The position numbers and the translations under genes were made by a program. A stretch of DNA of 64,000 nucleotides from Escherichia coli (GTDB taxonomy: Bacteria; Pseudomonadota; Gammaproteobacteria; Enterobacterales; Enterobacteriaceae): the NCBI RefSeq assembly GCF_044324875.1, contig NZ_CP172185.1; one strand, given 5' to 3'. A model generated the notes under the pieces. The model was not told where the DNA came from, did not search any database, and saw nothing but the letters and a program-made list of their open reading frames with translations. Positions 20,157-32,740 of this stretch are shown here, in pieces (positions within the stretch are counted from its first letter, which is position 1; the number at the start of each line of letters is the position of its first letter).

Positions 20157-22958
20157 TTATTCGACGTTCAGCGCGTCATTAACCAGATCTTGTTGCTGTT
20201 TCTGGTGAACGGACATATACCCTACCGCCGGAGAGGCGGAGGCCGGGCGGCCTGCATAACGCAGAGAAGCCCCAAACGGAATCACTTCACGGAAATGATG
20301 CTGGCTGCAGTACCATGCGCCCTGGTTGAGCGGCTCTTCCTGGCACCAGACAAAATCCTTGACGTGAGCAAACTGCTGCAACACTTCCTGCATCGCTTTA
20401 TGCGGGAACGGGTAGAGTTGCTCGATACGCACAATGGCGACATCGTGTTGATTGTTCTTACGACGTTGTTCCAGCAGGTCGTAATAAACCTTACCAGAAC
20501 ACATCACTACGCGCTTCACGCCCTTCGGATCAAGCTCGTCGATTTCACCGATGGCTGGCAGGAAGGTGCCGTTCGCCAGTTCTTCGAGGCTGGATACCGC
20601 CAGCGGATGACGCAGCAGGGATTTCGGCGACATCACGACCAGTGGACGACGCATCCCGCGCAACGCCTGACGACGCAGCATGTGGTAAACCTGTGCCGGG
20701 GTAGACGGTACGCACACCTGCATGTTTTGCTCAGCGCAAAGTTGCAGATAACGTTCCAGACGCGCGGAGGAGTGCTCCGGTCCCTGCCCTTCGTAACCGT
20801 GCGGCAGCAACATCACCAGGCCACACATCCGGCCCCATTTCTGCTCGCCAGAGGAGATGAACTGGTCGATAACCACCTGAGCACCGTTAGCGAAGTCACC
20901 GAACTGTGCTTCCCAGATAGTCAGAGTGCGTGGTTCTGCGGTGGCATAACCGTATTCAAACGCCAGCACTGCTTCTTCAGACAGTACAGAGTCCCAGACA
21001 CGGAACGCGCCCTGGCCGTTATGGATGTGTTGCAGCGGCGTGTAAGTGGAACCGTTAGACTGGTTGTGGATCACCGCGTGGCGGTGGAAGAAGGTACCGC
21101 GACCGGAGTCTTCACCCGACAGGCGAACCGGAATGCCTTCGTCAACCAGCGTGGCGTAAGCGAGGTTTTCCGCGCCGCCCCAGTCGAACAGTTTCTCACC
21201 GGCAGCCATCGCCTGGCGATCGCCATAAATCTTGGCAACGCGAGACTGCATTTCAACTGCTTCCGGCACCGTGCTGATGCGTTTAGCCAGTTCCTGCAGG
21301 CGCTTCATCTCAACTTTGTTCGGGTACTCTTCGTCCCATTCGTGGTTGAGGTACGGTGACCAGGTGAAAGAGTGCATGTTCATCGGACGCCACTCTGCTA
21401 CCACGCAATCGCCAGCATCCAGCGCATCGCGGTACAGGTTAACCATCTCGGTGGCATCTTCCAGCGTCGCGACTTTTTCTTGCTCCAGCTTGTCAGCGTA
21501 GATTTTGCGCGGCGTCGGATGTTTTTTGATTTTCTGATACATCAGCGGCTGGGTTGCGCTCGGCTCGTCGGCTTCGTTATGGCCATGACGGCGGTAGCAC
21601 ACCAGGTCGATGAAGACATCACGTTTAAAGGTGTTACGGAAATCGAGCGCCAGACGGGTCACAAAGGCAACGGCTTCCGGATCATCCGCGTTAACGTGGA
21701 AAATCGGTGCCTGAACCATCTTACCGATATCAGTACAGTACGGCGTCGAACGGGCATCCAGCGGGTTAGAGGTGGTGAAGCCAACCTGGTTGTTGATAAC
21801 GATACGTACCGTACCGCCAACTTCATAGCCACGCGCTTTCGACATGTTCAGGGTTTCCTGAACCACGCCCTGCCCGGTCACTGCGGCGTCACCGTGGATG
21901 GTAATTGGCAGCACTTTGTTGCTGCTCGGCTCATCAAGTCTGTCCAGACGGGCACGAACAGAACCGATAACTACCGGGCTTACAATCTCAAGGTGAGACG
22001 GGTTAAACGCCAGCGCCAGGTGCACCAGGCCGCCATCGGTCTGGAAGTCAGACGAGAAGCCCATGTGGTATTTCACGTCGCCTGTGCCAAGGTGTTCTTT
22101 ATGTTTACCGGCGAACTCGTCGAACAAGTCTTGCGGTTTTTTACCCAGCACGTTCACCAGCACGTTCAGACGACCACGGTGCGCCATCCCGAGAACCACT
22201 TCCCGGGTGCCGCTGTTGCCAGCGTGGCGGATCATCTCTTTAAGCATCGGGATTAACGCGTCACCGCCTTCCAGTGAGAAGCGTTTTGCGCCAGGGAATT
22301 TTGCGCCGAGGTAACGTTCAAGGCCTTCAGCGGCGGTCAGTTCGCTTAAGAAGCGTTTTTTCTCTTCGCTATTGAAAGTCGCGCGACCAGACTCGATACG
22401 CTGTTGGATCCAGCGTTTTTCTTCGGTGCTGGTAATGTGCATATACTCGGCACCAATCGGGCCGCAGTAGGTTTGCTTGAGGGCTTCCAGCAGCTCGCCG
22501 AGTTTCATGGTTTCTTTGCCGCTGGCAAATGAACCGACGTTGAAGGTCTCCTGGAAGTCTGCTTCGGTCAGATCGTGGAAAGACGGATCCAGATCGGCCA
22601 CTTTATCTTGCTGCCACAGTCCCAGCGGATCGAGATTCGCATGCTGGTGACCACGGAAGCGGTATGCGTTAATGAGCTGCAGGACTTTAACCTGCTTCAC
22701 ATTGGTGTCAGGGTCGGAGATCGTTGAAGAGTAACGTGAAGCGTCTTTCGCCAGGCGGCGGAAATATTCACGCGTTTGAGAGTGGAATTGATCCGGTTTG
22801 ACTCCCGTACCAGGTAACTGCTGGAACGTCGAACGCCAGTTAGCGTCAACCGAGTCAGGATCGGTTAAGAAGTCTTCATAGAGCTGTTCTATCCAGCTCT
22901 GGTTTGCGCCAGAGAGGTAAGAAGAGTCCAACCAGGCTTTCAAAGCGCTGTTCTGCAT
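20157..22958 (-). CDS. sucA: 2-oxoglutarate dehydrogenase E1 component
   Basis: 933-aa [34 protein letters not shown]... Confidence 0.95.
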   Translation of the reverse strand: MQNSALKAWLDSSYLSGANQSWIEQLYEDFLTDPDSVDANWRSTFQQLPGTGVKPDQFHSQTREYFRRLAKDASRYSSTISDPDTNVKQVKVLQLINAYRFRGHQHANLDPLGLWQQDKVADLDPSFHDLTEADFQETFNVGSFASGKETMKLGELLEALKQTYCGPIGAEYMHITSTEEKRWIQQRIESGRATFNSEEKKRFLSELTAAEGLERYLGAKFPGAKRFSLEGGDALIPMLKEMIRHAGNSGTREVVLGMAHRGRLNVLVNVLGKKPQDLFDEFAGKHKEHLGTGDVKYHMGFSSDFQTDGGLVHLALAFNPSHLEIVSPVVIGSVRARLDRLDEPSSNKVLPITIHGDAAVTGQGVVQETLNMSKARGYEVGGTVRIVINNQVGFTTSNPLDARSTPYCTDIGKMVQAPIFHVNADDPEAVAFVTRLALDFRNTFKRDVFIDLVCYRRHGHNEADEPSATQPLMYQKIKKHPTPRKIYADKLEQEKVATLEDATEMVNLYRDALDAGDCVVAEWRPMNMHSFTWSPYLNHEWDEEYPNKVEMKRLQELAKRISTVPEAVEMQSRVAKIYGDRQAMAAGEKLFDWGGAENLAYATLVDEGIPVRLSGEDSGRGTFFHRHAVIHNQSNGSTYTPLQHIHNGQGAFRVWDSVLSEEAVLAFEYGYATAEPRTLTIWEAQFGDFANGAQVVIDQFISSGEQKWGRMCGLVMLLPHGYEGQGPEHSSARLERYLQLCAEQNMQVCVPSTPAQVYHMLRRQALRGMRRPLVVMSPKSLLRHPLAVSSLEELANGTFLPAIGEIDELDPKGVKRVVMCSGKVYYDLLEQRRKNNQHDVAIVRIEQLYPFPHKAMQEVLQQFAHVKDFVWCQEEPLNQGAWYCSQHHFREVIPFGASLRYAGRPASASPAVGYMSVHQKQQQDLVNDALNVE

Positions 22959-23114
22959 CGTGATCCCTTAAGCATCTTTTTTATGCTTACTTCGCCGTGG
23001 ATACTACCACGCACAGTGATGTGCGTGCCGGGGTTCACTTGCGAGCTCTTGTCTACGTAGTGGCTCGCGAAGGAACCTTTAAAAACTGTCTTAGTGTCAG
23101 GGGCAGTTTTTAAA

Positions 23115-23305
23115 GATTTCCTGCATTTCTTTTGTAGGCCGGATAAGGCATTCACGCCACATCCGGCGCTGTTTGCCTGATGCGACGCTTGCGCGTCTTA
23201 TCAGGCCTACGATTTCTGCATTTCTTTTGTAGGCCGGATAAGGCGTTCACGCCGCATCCGGCACTGGTTGCCTGATGCGACGCTTGTGCGTCTTATCAGG
23301 CCTGG
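23115..23305. repeat. BIME (REP pair) unit tandemly duplicated, two copies of about 96 bp, in the sdhB-sucA intergenic region
   Basis: Unit gatttc(c)tgcatttcttttgtaggccggataaggc.ttcacgcc.catccggc...gcctgatgcgacgcttg.gcgtcttatcaggcct occurs twice head-to-tail (23115..23210 and 23211..23305) with a few substitutions. Confidence 0.8.
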
Positions 23306-23307
23306 GT

Positions 23308-24024
23308 TTACGCATTACGCTGCAACAACATCGACTTGATATGGCCGATGGCGCGCGTCGGGTTCAGCCCCTTCGGACATACACTGACGCAGTTCATGAT
23401 GCTGTGACAGCGGAATACACTGAATGCATCGCTCAAACCGTCGAGGCGGCTGTCAGTCTCGGTATCACGGCTATCGATCAGGAAACGATATGCCGCTAAC
23501 AAGCCTGCCGGGCCGATAAACTTATCGGGATTCCACCAGAAAGACGGACAAGAGGTTGAACAACATGCGCAGAGAATACATTCATACAGCCCGTCGAGTT
23601 TTTCGCGCTGCTCTGGCATCTGTAAATGCTCGCGAGCTGGCGGATTTTGTCCATTATTCAACAGGTAAGGCTTAATTTTCTCATATTGCGCATAGAATTG
23701 TCCCATGTCTACCACCAAATCGCGGATCACCGGTAAACCTGGCAGCGGGCGAATCACAATCTTCTTGCCCGGCTGGTTGAGTGCCGAAATCGGGGTAATA
23801 CAGGCCAGACCATTCTTGCCGTTCATGTTCAGACCGTCGGAACCGCACACACCTTCACGGCAGGAACGGCGGAACGACAGGCTGGGATCTTTCTCTTTCA
23901 GCTGGATAAGCGCATCCAGCAGCATCATGTCGCGACCTTCATCCGCTTCCAGGGTGTAATCCTGCATACGCGGAGCATCATCAACATCCGGGTTATAGCG
24001 ATAAATTGAAAACTCGAGTCTCAT
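23308..24024 (-). CDS. sdhB: succinate dehydrogenase iron-sulfur subunit
   Basis: 238-aa ORF MRLEFSIYRYNPDVDDAPRMQDYTLEADEGRDMMLLDALI... Confidence 0.95.
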   Translation of the reverse strand: MRLEFSIYRYNPDVDDAPRMQDYTLEADEGRDMMLLDALIQLKEKDPSLSFRRSCREGVCGSDGLNMNGKNGLACITPISALNQPGKKIVIRPLPGLPVIRDLVVDMGQFYAQYEKIKPYLLNNGQNPPAREHLQMPEQREKLDGLYECILCACCSTSCPSFWWNPDKFIGPAGLLAAYRFLIDSRDTETDSRLDGLSDAFSVFRCHSIMNCVSVCPKGLNPTRAIGHIKSMLLQRNA

Positions 24025-24039
24025 TTTCCTGTCTCCGCA

Positions 24040-25806
24040 TTAGTAAGTACGAATCTTCGGCGGGAATGCCGGGCGCAGTTTCGGTTCCATGTTGACGCTT
24101 CGGCGCGTCATGGATTCCGACTCTGGCAGATACAGGGAGTGGCACAGCCAGTTTTCATCATCACGATCCGGGAAGTCGAAGCGGCTATGCGCGCCACGGC
24201 TTTCGGTACGGAAGTTGGCAGAAACAGCCGTTGCATACGCCGTTTCCATCAGGTTATCCAGTTCCAGGCACTCAACGCGCTGGGTGTTGAACTCGCTGGA
24301 AGTATCATCCAGACGGGCATTTTTCAGACGCTCGCGGATAACTTTCAACTGCTCAAGCCCTTTCGCCATCGCATCACCTTCACGGAAGACCGAGAAGTTA
24401 TGCTGCATACATTCTTGCAGTGCTTTACGGATCGCCACCGGATCTTCACCGTTACGGTTGTTGTTCCAGCGGTTCAGACGATCCAGAGACGCTTCTACAT
24501 CAGACTCGCTGGCATCGCGCAGTGCGCCCTGCTCAGCAATAGACTCTTGCAGATGCAGACCTGCCGCACGACCAAATACTACCAGGTCCAGCAGCGAGTT
24601 GCCGCCCAGACGGTTAGCGCCATGTACCGATACACAAGCGATTTCACCAACGGCAAACAGCCCCGGAACAACCACATCTTCGCCTTTCTCATTCACCGTC
24701 AGCGCCTGACCGGTCACTTTGGTCGGAATACCGCCCATCATGTAGTGACAGGTTGGGATAACCGGAATCGGCTCTTTCACAGGATCAACGTGAGCGAAGG
24801 TACGGGAAAGCTCCAGGATACCCGGCAGACGGGATTCGAGAACTTCTTTACCCAGGTGATCGAGTTTCAGTTTCGCGTGTGGCCCCCACGGACCATCACA
24901 GCCGCGACCTTCACGGATTTCAATCATGATGGAACGCGCCACCACATCACGGCCCGCCAGGTCTTTGGCGTTCGGCGCATAACGCTCCATAAAGCGTTCG
25001 CCATGTTTGTTCAGCAGATAACCGCCTTCACCACGGCAACCTTCGGTGACCAGTACGCCCGCACCGGCAATGCCGGTCGGGTGGAATTGCCACATTTCCA
25101 TATCCTGCACCGGTACGCCTGCGCGGATAGCCATGCCGACGCCGTCGCCAGTGTTAATGTGGGCGTTGGTAGTGGACTGATAAATACGCCCTGCCCCGCC
25201 AGTCGCCAGCACGGTAGCGCGGGCTTTGAAATAAACCACTTCACCAGTTTCGATGCACAGTGCGGTACAACCGACCACCGCGCCATCCTGGTTTTTCACC
25301 AGATCCAGCGCATACCACTCGGAGAAAATGGTGGTGTGGTTTTTCAGGTTCTGCTGATAAAGGGTGTGCAACAGTGCGTGACCGGTACGGTCAGCTGCCG
25401 CCGCAGTACGTGCCGCCTGCTCGCCGCCGAAGTTTTTCGACTGACCGCCAAACGGACGTTGATAGATACGACCATCATCAAGACGCGAGAACGGCAGGCC
25501 CATATGTTCCAGTTCCAGAATCGCTTCCGGCCCGGTTTTACACATATATTCAATCGCGTCCTGGTCACCGATATAGTCCGAACCTTTTACGGTGTCGTAC
25601 ATATGCCATTCCCAGTTATCTTCATGGGTATTACCCAGCGCAACGGTAATGCCGCCTTGCGCAGAAACGGTATGGGAACGGGTCGGGAAGACTTTAGAGA
25701 GCAGCGCACAGGTCTGACCGCTCTGGGAAATTTGCAGCGCCGCGCGCATACCTGCGCCACCGGCACCAATCACAACTGCATCAAATTCTCTGACTGGCAA
25801 TTTCAT
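24040..25806 (-). CDS. sdhA: succinate dehydrogenase flavoprotein subunit
   Basis: ORF with [24 protein letters not shown]...; start placed at MKLPV, overlapping the sdhD stop by 1 nt (TGATG). Confidence 0.95.
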   Translation of the reverse strand: MKLPVREFDAVVIGAGGAGMRAALQISQSGQTCALLSKVFPTRSHTVSAQGGITVALGNTHEDNWEWHMYDTVKGSDYIGDQDAIEYMCKTGPEAILELEHMGLPFSRLDDGRIYQRPFGGQSKNFGGEQAARTAAAADRTGHALLHTLYQQNLKNHTTIFSEWYALDLVKNQDGAVVGCTALCIETGEVVYFKARATVLATGGAGRIYQSTTNAHINTGDGVGMAIRAGVPVQDMEMWQFHPTGIAGAGVLVTEGCRGEGGYLLNKHGERFMERYAPNAKDLAGRDVVARSIMIEIREGRGCDGPWGPHAKLKLDHLGKEVLESRLPGILELSRTFAHVDPVKEPIPVIPTCHYMMGGIPTKVTGQALTVNEKGEDVVVPGLFAVGEIACVSVHGANRLGGNSLLDLVVFGRAAGLHLQESIAEQGALRDASESDVEASLDRLNRWNNNRNGEDPVAIRKALQECMQHNFSVFREGDAMAKGLEQLKVIRERLKNARLDDTSSEFNTQRVECLELDNLMETAYATAVSANFRTESRGAHSRFDFPDRDDENWLCHSLYLPESESMTRRSVNMEPKLRPAFPPKIRTY

Positions 25807-26153
25807 CACACACCCCACACCACAACGAATCCATAAATCACGTAAACCACCAGTGCAACGACAATCACCAGTTGCAGCATCAGGCGCAAGGCCAGCGGTT
25901 TAACGTAGTCGGTCAACACCTGCCACATGCCGATCCAGGCATGAATCAAGATAGAAAACAGCGCCAGCAGGGTGAACACTTTGGTGAACGCAGAGGCGAA
26001 GAAACCGATCCAGACTTCATATGTCAGCTCGCCACTGGTAGCGAAAAAACCGACCATATAAATGATGTAGAGCGTCAGGACGATAGCGGTAGCGCGAACG
26101 AGGATGAAATCATGTACGCCATTGCGTCCTAATGCGGAGGCGTTGCTTACCAT
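25806..26153 (-). CDS. sdhD: succinate dehydrogenase membrane anchor subunit
   Basis: 115-aa hydrophobic ORF in the sdhC-D-A-B order. Confidence 0.9.
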
Positions 26154-26536
26154 ACGAGGACTCCTGCGAGAAGTGAAAGCACGACAGTAATAACAAAGGA
26201 GATTTTGGCGGAGCGTTTACCCGCTTCGAATGTTTCTTCCAGATAGCCAAAATCCATCATCATGTGGCGAATACCTACGACGACGTGATACGCCAGAGCG
26301 GTAAGGATGCCCCACATGATAAATTTGACGAAGAAGCTGCCCATGATCGCGGAAGCTTGCTCGAAACCTTCAGGGGAAGAGAGGCTGGTACCCAGAAGCC
26401 ACAGCAGGATGCCCACTGCAACAAAGGTGATCACACCGGAAACGCGATGGAGAATGGACGCTATCGCCGTGACGGGGAACCGGATGGTCTGTAGGTCCAG
26501 ATTAACAGGTCTTTGTTTTTTCACATTTCTTATCAT
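26147..26536 (-). CDS. sdhC: succinate dehydrogenase cytochrome b556 subunit
   Basis: ORF containing [21 protein letters not shown]...; start set at MIRNV (129 aa). Confidence 0.9.
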
Positions 26537-27244
26537 GAATAACGCCCACATGCTGTTCTTATTATTCCCTGGGGACTACGGGCACAGAGGTTAACTTTCT
26601 GTTACCTGGAGACGTCGGGATTTCCTTCCTCCGGTCTGCTTGCGGGTCAGACAGCGTCCTTTCTATAACTGCGCGTCATGCAAAACACTGCTTCCAGATG
26701 CGAAAACGACACGTTACAACGCTGGGTGGCTCGGGATTGCAGGGTGTTCCGGAGACCTGGCGGCAGTATAGGCCGTTCACAAAATCATTACAATTAACCT
26801 ACATATAGTTTGTCGGGTTTTATCCTGAACAGTGATCCAGGTCACGATAACAACATTTATTTAATTTTTAATCATCTAATTTGACAATCATTCAACAAAG
26901 TTGTTACAAACATTACCAGGAAAAGCATATAATGCGTAAAAGTTATGAAGTCGGTATTTCACCTAAGATTAACTTATGTAACAGTGTGGAAGTATTGACC
27001 AATTCATTCGGGACAGTTATTAGTGGTAGACAAGTTTAATAATTCGGATTGCTAAGTACTTGATTCGCCATTTATTCGTCATCAATGGATCCTTTACCTG
27101 CAAGCGCCCAGAGCTCTGTACCCAGGTTTTCCCCTCTTTCACAGAGCGGCGAGCCAAATAACAAACGGGTAAAGCCAGGTTGATGTGCGAAGGCAAATTT
27201 AAGTTCCGGCAGTCTTACGCAATAAGGCGCTAAGGAGACCTTAA

Positions 27245-28528
27245 ATGGCTGATACAAAAGCAAAACTCACCCTCAACGGGGACACAGCTGTTGAACTGGA
27301 TGTGCTGAAAGGCACGCTGGGTCAAGATGTTATTGATATCCGTACTCTCGGTTCAAAAGGTGTGTTCACCTTTGACCCTGGCTTCACTTCAACCGCATCC
27401 TGCGAATCTAAAATTACTTTTATTGATGGTGATGAAGGTATTTTGCTGCACCGCGGTTTCCCGATCGATCAGCTGGCGACCGATTCTAACTACCTGGAAG
27501 TTTGTTACATCCTGCTGAATGGTGAAAAACCGACTCAGGAACAGTATGACGAATTTAAAACTACGGTGACCCGTCATACCATGATCCACGAACAGATTAC
27601 CCGTCTGTTCCATGCTTTCCGTCGCGACTCGCATCCAATGGCAGTCATGTGTGGTATTACCGGCGCGCTGGCGGCGTTCTATCACGACTCGCTGGATGTT
27701 AACAATCCTCGTCATCGTGAAATTGCCGCGTTCCGCCTGCTGTCGAAAATGCCGACCATGGCCGCGATGTGTTACAAGTATTCCATTGGTCAGCCATTTG
27801 TTTACCCGCGCAACGATCTCTCCTATGCCGGTAACTTCCTGAATATGATGTTCTCCACGCCGTGCGAACCGTATGAAGTTAATCCGATTCTGGAACGTGC
27901 TATGGACCGTATTTTGATCCTGCACGCTGACCATGAACAGAACGCCTCCACCTCCACCGTGCGTACCGCTGGCTCTTCGGGGGCGAACCCGTTTGCCTGT
28001 ATCGCAGCAGGTATTGCTTCACTGTGGGGACCTGCGCACGGTGGTGCTAACGAAGCGGCGCTGAAAATGCTGGAAGAAATCAGCTCCGTTAAACACATTC
28101 CGGAATTTGTTCGTCGTGCGAAAGACAAAAATGACTCTTTCCGCCTGATGGGCTTCGGGCACCGCGTGTACAAAAATTACGACCCGCGCGCCACCGTAAT
28201 GCGTGAAACCTGCCATGAAGTGCTGAAAGAGCTGGGTACCAAAGATGACCTGCTGGAAGTGGCTATGGAGCTGGAAAACATCGCGCTGAACGACCCGTAC
28301 TTTATCGAGAAGAAACTCTACCCGAACGTCGATTTCTACTCTGGTATCATCCTGAAAGCGATGGGTATTCCGTCTTCCATGTTCACCGTCATTTTCGCAA
28401 TGGCACGTACCGTTGGCTGGATCGCCCACTGGAGCGAAATGCACAGTGACGGTATGAAGATTGCCCGTCCGCGTCAACTGTATACAGGATATGAAAAACG
28501 CGACTTTAAAAGCGACATTAAGCGTTAA
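27245..28528 (+). CDS. gltA: citrate synthase
   Basis: 427-aa [43 protein letters not shown]...; divergent from sdhC across a long regulatory region. Confidence 0.95.
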   Translation: MADTKAKLTLNGDTAVELDVLKGTLGQDVIDIRTLGSKGVFTFDPGFTSTASCESKITFIDGDEGILLHRGFPIDQLATDSNYLEVCYILLNGEKPTQEQYDEFKTTVTRHTMIHEQITRLFHAFRRDSHPMAVMCGITGALAAFYHDSLDVNNPRHREIAAFRLLSKMPTMAAMCYKYSIGQPFVYPRNDLSYAGNFLNMMFSTPCEPYEVNPILERAMDRILILHADHEQNASTSTVRTAGSSGANPFACIAAGIASLWGPAHGGANEAALKMLEEISSVKHIPEFVRRAKDKNDSFRLMGFGHRVYKNYDPRATVMRETCHEVLKELGTKDDLLEVAMELENIALNDPYFIEKKLYPNVDFYSGIILKAMGIPSSMFTVIFAMARTVGWIAHWSEMHSDGMKIARPRQLYTGYEKRDFKSDIKR

Positions 28529-28554
28529 TGGTTGATTGCTAAGCCGTTTACTTT

Positions 28555-28590
28555 CCGGACCCGCCTTTAATAGAGCGGGTTCTTTTTTAT
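28555..28590 (+). terminator. intrinsic terminator downstream of gltA
   Basis: ggacccgc...gcgggttc hairpin followed by TTTTTT. Confidence 0.55.
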
Positions 28591-28917
28591 ATGGCTGAAC
28601 ATAATAAATTGTAAAAATTAAACCAGATGCAAATACCCATTAATAAGGTGAAAAAATGTGACAAGTCACATACTGAGCAGAATGATAAGTTTATTTTTAT
28701 ACTTTCCTGCCGGTAGCATTTTTAACCCAATGAAAATTATGCATATCCATCCCACCCCATCTTTCATCTCATTAAACAATAAATTTATGCACTCAATTAT
28801 TCCATTCTTTATATAACAAGCTTTTTAATATTGTTAAATAAAACCAAATACATTCAACTGTCAGTTAATATATTCTTGCCTCGCAACACTCTATCTCATT
28901 ATTTAAAGGACTCAGCT

Positions 28918-29484
28918 ATGTTTAAAGGACAAAAAACATTGGCCGCACTGGCCGTATCTCTGCTGTTCACTGCACCTGTTTATGCGGCTGATGAAGGATC
29001 CGGTGAAATTCACTTTAAAGGTGAAGTTATTGAAGCACCGTGTGAAATACATCAGGATGATATTGATAAAGAGGTTGAACTCGGTCAGGTGACCACCAGC
29101 CACATTAATCAGTCGCATCACAGCGATGCCGTTGCTGTCGACCTGCGCTTAGTCAACTGCGATCTGGAAAACTCCAACAACGGTTCCGGCGGCAAGATTT
29201 CTAAAGTTGCAGTCACCTTTGACAGCTCAGCGAAAACCACCGGCGCAGATCCGATTCTCAACAACACCAGCACGGGTGAAGCGACCGGTGTCGGCGTGCG
29301 TTTAATGAATAAAGATCAAAGCAATATCGTTTTAGGCACCGCTACTCCAGATATCGACCTGGCACCAACCTCCAGCGAACAAACGTTAAATTTCTTTGCG
29401 TGGATGGAACAAATTGATCAGGCTACGCCCGTAACACCAGGCGCAGTTACGGCGAATGCAACCTACGTGCTGGATTATAAATAA
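28918..29484 (+). CDS. ybgD: fimbrial major subunit (chaperone-usher fimbriae)
   Basis: MFKGQKTLAALAVSLLFTAPVYA signal peptide; about 188 aa; RBS AAGGA upstream of the chosen ATG; first gene of the subunit-usher-chaperone-adhesin set. Confidence 0.85.
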   Translation: MFKGQKTLAALAVSLLFTAPVYAADEGSGEIHFKGEVIEAPCEIHQDDIDKEVELGQVTTSHINQSHHSDAVAVDLRLVNCDLENSNNGSGGKISKVAVTFDSSAKTTGADPILNNTSTGEATGVGVRLMNKDQSNIVLGTATPDIDLAPTSSEQTLNFFAWMEQIDQATPVTPGAVTANATYVLDYK

Positions 29485-29534
29485 GTATCACTTTGGCGGC
29501 GCTATCGCCGCCTTTCTTCAAATATTTATCAGGT

Positions 29535-31994
29535 ATGGACACCGTGAATATTTATCGACTCTCTTTTATATCCTGCCTGGTCATGGCGATACCTTCCGCA
29601 TTGGCGGTCGAATTCAACCTGAATGTCCTCGATAAATCGATGCGAGATCGCATTGATATTTCATTATTAAAGGAAAAAGGAGTCATTGCTCCCGGTGAAT
29701 ATTTTGTTAGCGTTGCGGTGAATAACAACCAAATCAGTAATGGGCAAAAAATCAACTGGCAAAAAAAGGGTGACAAAACCATTCCATGCATCAATGATTC
29801 ACTGGTCGATAAATTTGGTTTAAAACCAGATATCCGTCAGTCCTTGCCACAGATAGATCGGTGTATTGATTTCAGTTCCCGACCTGAAATGCTCTTCAAT
29901 TTCGATCAAGCCAATCAGCAACTGAATATTAGTATTCCGCAAGCCTGGCTGGCGTGGCACTCAGAAAACTGGGCTCCCCCCTCTACATGGAAAGAAGGTG
30001 TTGCCGGTGTCCTGATGGATTACAACTTGTTTGCCAGCAGCTACCGCCCACAGGACGGCAGCAGCAGCACTAATCTGAATGCCTACGGTACCGCCGGAAT
30101 TAACGCCGGGGCATGGCGCTTACGCAGTGATTACCAGCTTAATAAGACCGATAGCGAAGATAACCATGACCAGTCAGGCGGAATATCGCGCACCTATCTT
30201 TTTCGTCCATTACCGCAATTAGGCTCTAAGTTAACCCTCGGCGAAACCGATTTCAGTTCCAATATTTTCGACGGCTTTTCTTATACCGGCGCGGCACTGG
30301 CAAGTGACGATCGGATGTTACCGTGGGAGCTACGCGGCTACGCCCCACAAATCAGCGGCATTGCACAAACCAACGCCACCGTCACCGTGAGTCACTCAGG
30401 GCGAGTTATTTACCAGAAAAAAGTCCCACCAGGTCCGTTTATCATTGATGACCTTAATCAGTCCGTCCAGGGTACGTTGGATGTCAAAGTGACGGAAGAA
30501 GATGGTCGGGTGAACAATTTCCAGGTTTCGGCAGCATCGACTCCTTTCCTGACTCGCCAGGGACAGGTTCGCTATAAATTGGCCGCGGGTCAGCCACGGC
30601 CCTCCATGTCACATCAAACTGAAAATGAAACCTTTTTTAGCAATGAAGTTTCCTGGGGGATGCTGTCAAATACCTCGCTGTACGGCGGCCTGCTGATTTC
30701 GGGTGACGACTACCATTCTGCCGCAATGGGTATCGGGCAAAATATGCTCTGGCTTGGTGCATTGTCGTTTGATGTCACCTGGGCCAGTAGTCAGTTTGAT
30801 ACTCAGCAGGACGAGCGGGGCTTAAGTTACCGCTTTAATTACAGCAAACAAGTGGATGCCACTAACAGCACGATTTCGCTCGCCGCTTATCGCTTCTCAG
30901 ATCGTCATTTTCACAGCTACGCCAACTATCTGGATCACAAATACAACGACAACGATGCGCAGGACGAAAAACAGACGATCAGCTTATCCGTGGGGCAACC
31001 GATTACCCCACTGAACTTCAATCTGTACGCCAACCTGCTGCATCAAACCTGGTGGAATGCAGACGCCTCCACGACCGCCAACATCACGGCGGGTTTTAAT
31101 GTTGATATTGGTAACTGGAGAGATATCTCGATCTCGACGTCATTCAATACAACCCATTACGAAGATAAAGATCGCGACAATCAGATTTACCTGTCGATTT
31201 CGCTCCCCTTCGGTAACGGGGGGCGGGTCGGTTATGACATGCAAAACAGTAATCACAGCACCACGCACCGCATGTCGTGGAATGATACGTTAGATGAACG
31301 TAATAGCTGGGGCATGTCTACCGGACTGCAATCCGACCGTCCGGATAATGGAGCCCAGGTGAGCGGTAACTATCAGCACCTGAGTTCAGCGGGTGAGTGG
31401 GATATTTCTGGTACCTATGCCGCCAATGATTACAGTTCCGTCAGCAGCAGCTGGAGCGGTTCTTTCACGGCAACTCAATATGGTGCGGCGTTCCATCGTC
31501 GCAGCTCCACCAATGAACCACGCCTGATGGTCAGCACCGATGGCGTGGCAGATATTCCGGTTCAGGGCAATCTCGACTACACCAACCATTTTGGCATTGC
31601 GGTGGTGCCGTTGATTTCCAGTTATCAGCCTTCCACCGTGGCGGTGAACATGAATGATTTACCCGACGGCGTAACAGTGGCAGATAACGTTATCAAAGAA
31701 ACGTGGATTGAAGGCGCGATAGGTTACAAATCACTGGCTTCCCGTTCCGGTAAAGACGTTAACGTCATCATTCGCAACGCCAGCGGTCAGTTCCCTCCCC
31801 TCGGAGCGGATATCCGCCAGGAGGATAGCGGCATTAGCGTGGGGATGGTTGGCGAGGAAGGACACGCCTGGTTAAGCGGAGTCGCTGAAAATCAACAATT
31901 TACCGTGGTCTGGGGTGATAGTCAGCATTGCTCGCTCTATCTTCCTGAACATATGGAAAACACCGCAAATCGACTGATTTTACCTTGTCATTAA
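29535..31994 (+). CDS. ybgQ: fimbrial outer-membrane usher protein
   Basis: About 820-aa protein with signal peptide; usher position and size. Confidence 0.85.
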   Translation: MDTVNIYRLSFISCLVMAIPSALAVEFNLNVLDKSMRDRIDISLLKEKGVIAPGEYFVSVAVNNNQISNGQKINWQKKGDKTIPCINDSLVDKFGLKPDIRQSLPQIDRCIDFSSRPEMLFNFDQANQQLNISIPQAWLAWHSENWAPPSTWKEGVAGVLMDYNLFASSYRPQDGSSSTNLNAYGTAGINAGAWRLRSDYQLNKTDSEDNHDQSGGISRTYLFRPLPQLGSKLTLGETDFSSNIFDGFSYTGAALASDDRMLPWELRGYAPQISGIAQTNATVTVSHSGRVIYQKKVPPGPFIIDDLNQSVQGTLDVKVTEEDGRVNNFQVSAASTPFLTRQGQVRYKLAAGQPRPSMSHQTENETFFSNEVSWGMLSNTSLYGGLLISGDDYHSAAMGIGQNMLWLGALSFDVTWASSQFDTQQDERGLSYRFNYSKQVDATNSTISLAAYRFSDRHFHSYANYLDHKYNDNDAQDEKQTISLSVGQPITPLNFNLYANLLHQTWWNADASTTANITAGFNVDIGNWRDISISTSFNTTHYEDKDRDNQIYLSISLPFGNGGRVGYDMQNSNHSTTHRMSWNDTLDERNSWGMSTGLQSDRPDNGAQVSGNYQHLSSAGEWDISGTYAANDYSSVSSSWSGSFTATQYGAAFHRRSSTNEPRLMVSTDGVADIPVQGNLDYTNHFGIAVVPLISSYQPSTVAVNMNDLPDGVTVADNVIKETWIEGAIGYKSLASRSGKDVNVIIRNASGQFPPLGADIRQEDSGISVGMVGEEGHAWLSGVAENQQFTVVWGDSQHCSLYLPEHMENTANRLILPCH

Positions 31995-32008
31995 TTAAGG
32001 AAATGAAA

Positions 32009-32740
32009 ATGACATTTATGAAAGGACTACCCCTTTTGTTGTTGGTTGCCAGTCTGTGCAGCCACGCTGCACTACAACCCGATCGCACTCGTATTGTGTT
32101 TAACGCTAATGATAAAGCTACCAGTCTGCGCGTGGATAATCGTAGCGATAAACTCCCCTACCTCGCTTATTCCTGGCTCGAAAATGAAAAAGGGGAGAAA
32201 AGCGACGATCTTCTGGTCGCCCTGCCACCGATACAACGTCTGGAACCGAAAGCAACAACGCAGGTACGGATAGTAAAGCAAGCCTCGACCACAAAATTAC
32301 CGGGCGATCGCGAAACGCTATTTTTCTACAATATGCGTGAAATTCCTCCCTCCCCAGAAAAAAACAGCGGCCATGCCGTTCTGCAGGTCGCCATCCAGAG
32401 TCGTATCAAGGTGTTCTGGAGACCGTCTGCGTTACGCAAGAAAGCAGGAGAAAAAGTCGAGCTACAGTTACAAGTCAGCCAGCAGGGCAATCAACTTAAC
32501 TTAAAAAACCCGACCGGCTATTACCTGACAATCGCCTACCTGGGACGAAATGAGCAAGGTATTCTCCCGGGCTTCAAAACCGTGATGGTTGCGCCTTTTA
32601 GTACGGTCAACACAAACACCGGAAGTTATAGCGGCAGGCAGTTTTATCTCGGTTATATGGATGATTACGGCGCGTTACGCATGACGACGCTCAACTGCAG
32701 CGGACAATGCCGTTTACAAGCAGTGGAGGCGAAGAAATGA
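32009..32740 (+). CDS. ybgP: fimbrial periplasmic chaperone
   Basis: About 243 aa with signal peptide ([20 protein letters not shown]); start chosen by RBS spacing, exact start uncertain. Confidence 0.8.
   Translation: MTFMKGLPLLLLVASLCSHAALQPDRTRIVFNANDKATSLRVDNRSDKLPYLAYSWLENEKGEKSDDLLVALPPIQRLEPKATTQVRIVKQASTTKLPGDRETLFFYNMREIPPSPEKNSGHAVLQVAIQSRIKVFWRPSALRKKAGEKVELQLQVSQQGNQLNLKNPTGYYLTIAYLGRNEQGILPGFKTVMVAPFSTVNTNTGSYSGRQFYLGYMDDYGALRMTTLNCSGQCRLQAVEAKK

Noticed and set aside
19944-22256. Long + strand ORFs (471 aa, 294 aa and others)
   Set aside because: Antisense to sucA/sucB; Arg/His-rich low-complexity translations typical of shadow frames.
24139-25836. 565-aa ORF on the + strand
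   Set aside because: Lies entirely antisense to sdhA, whose protein identity is unambiguous; a typical shadow ORF in GC-rich coding sequence.
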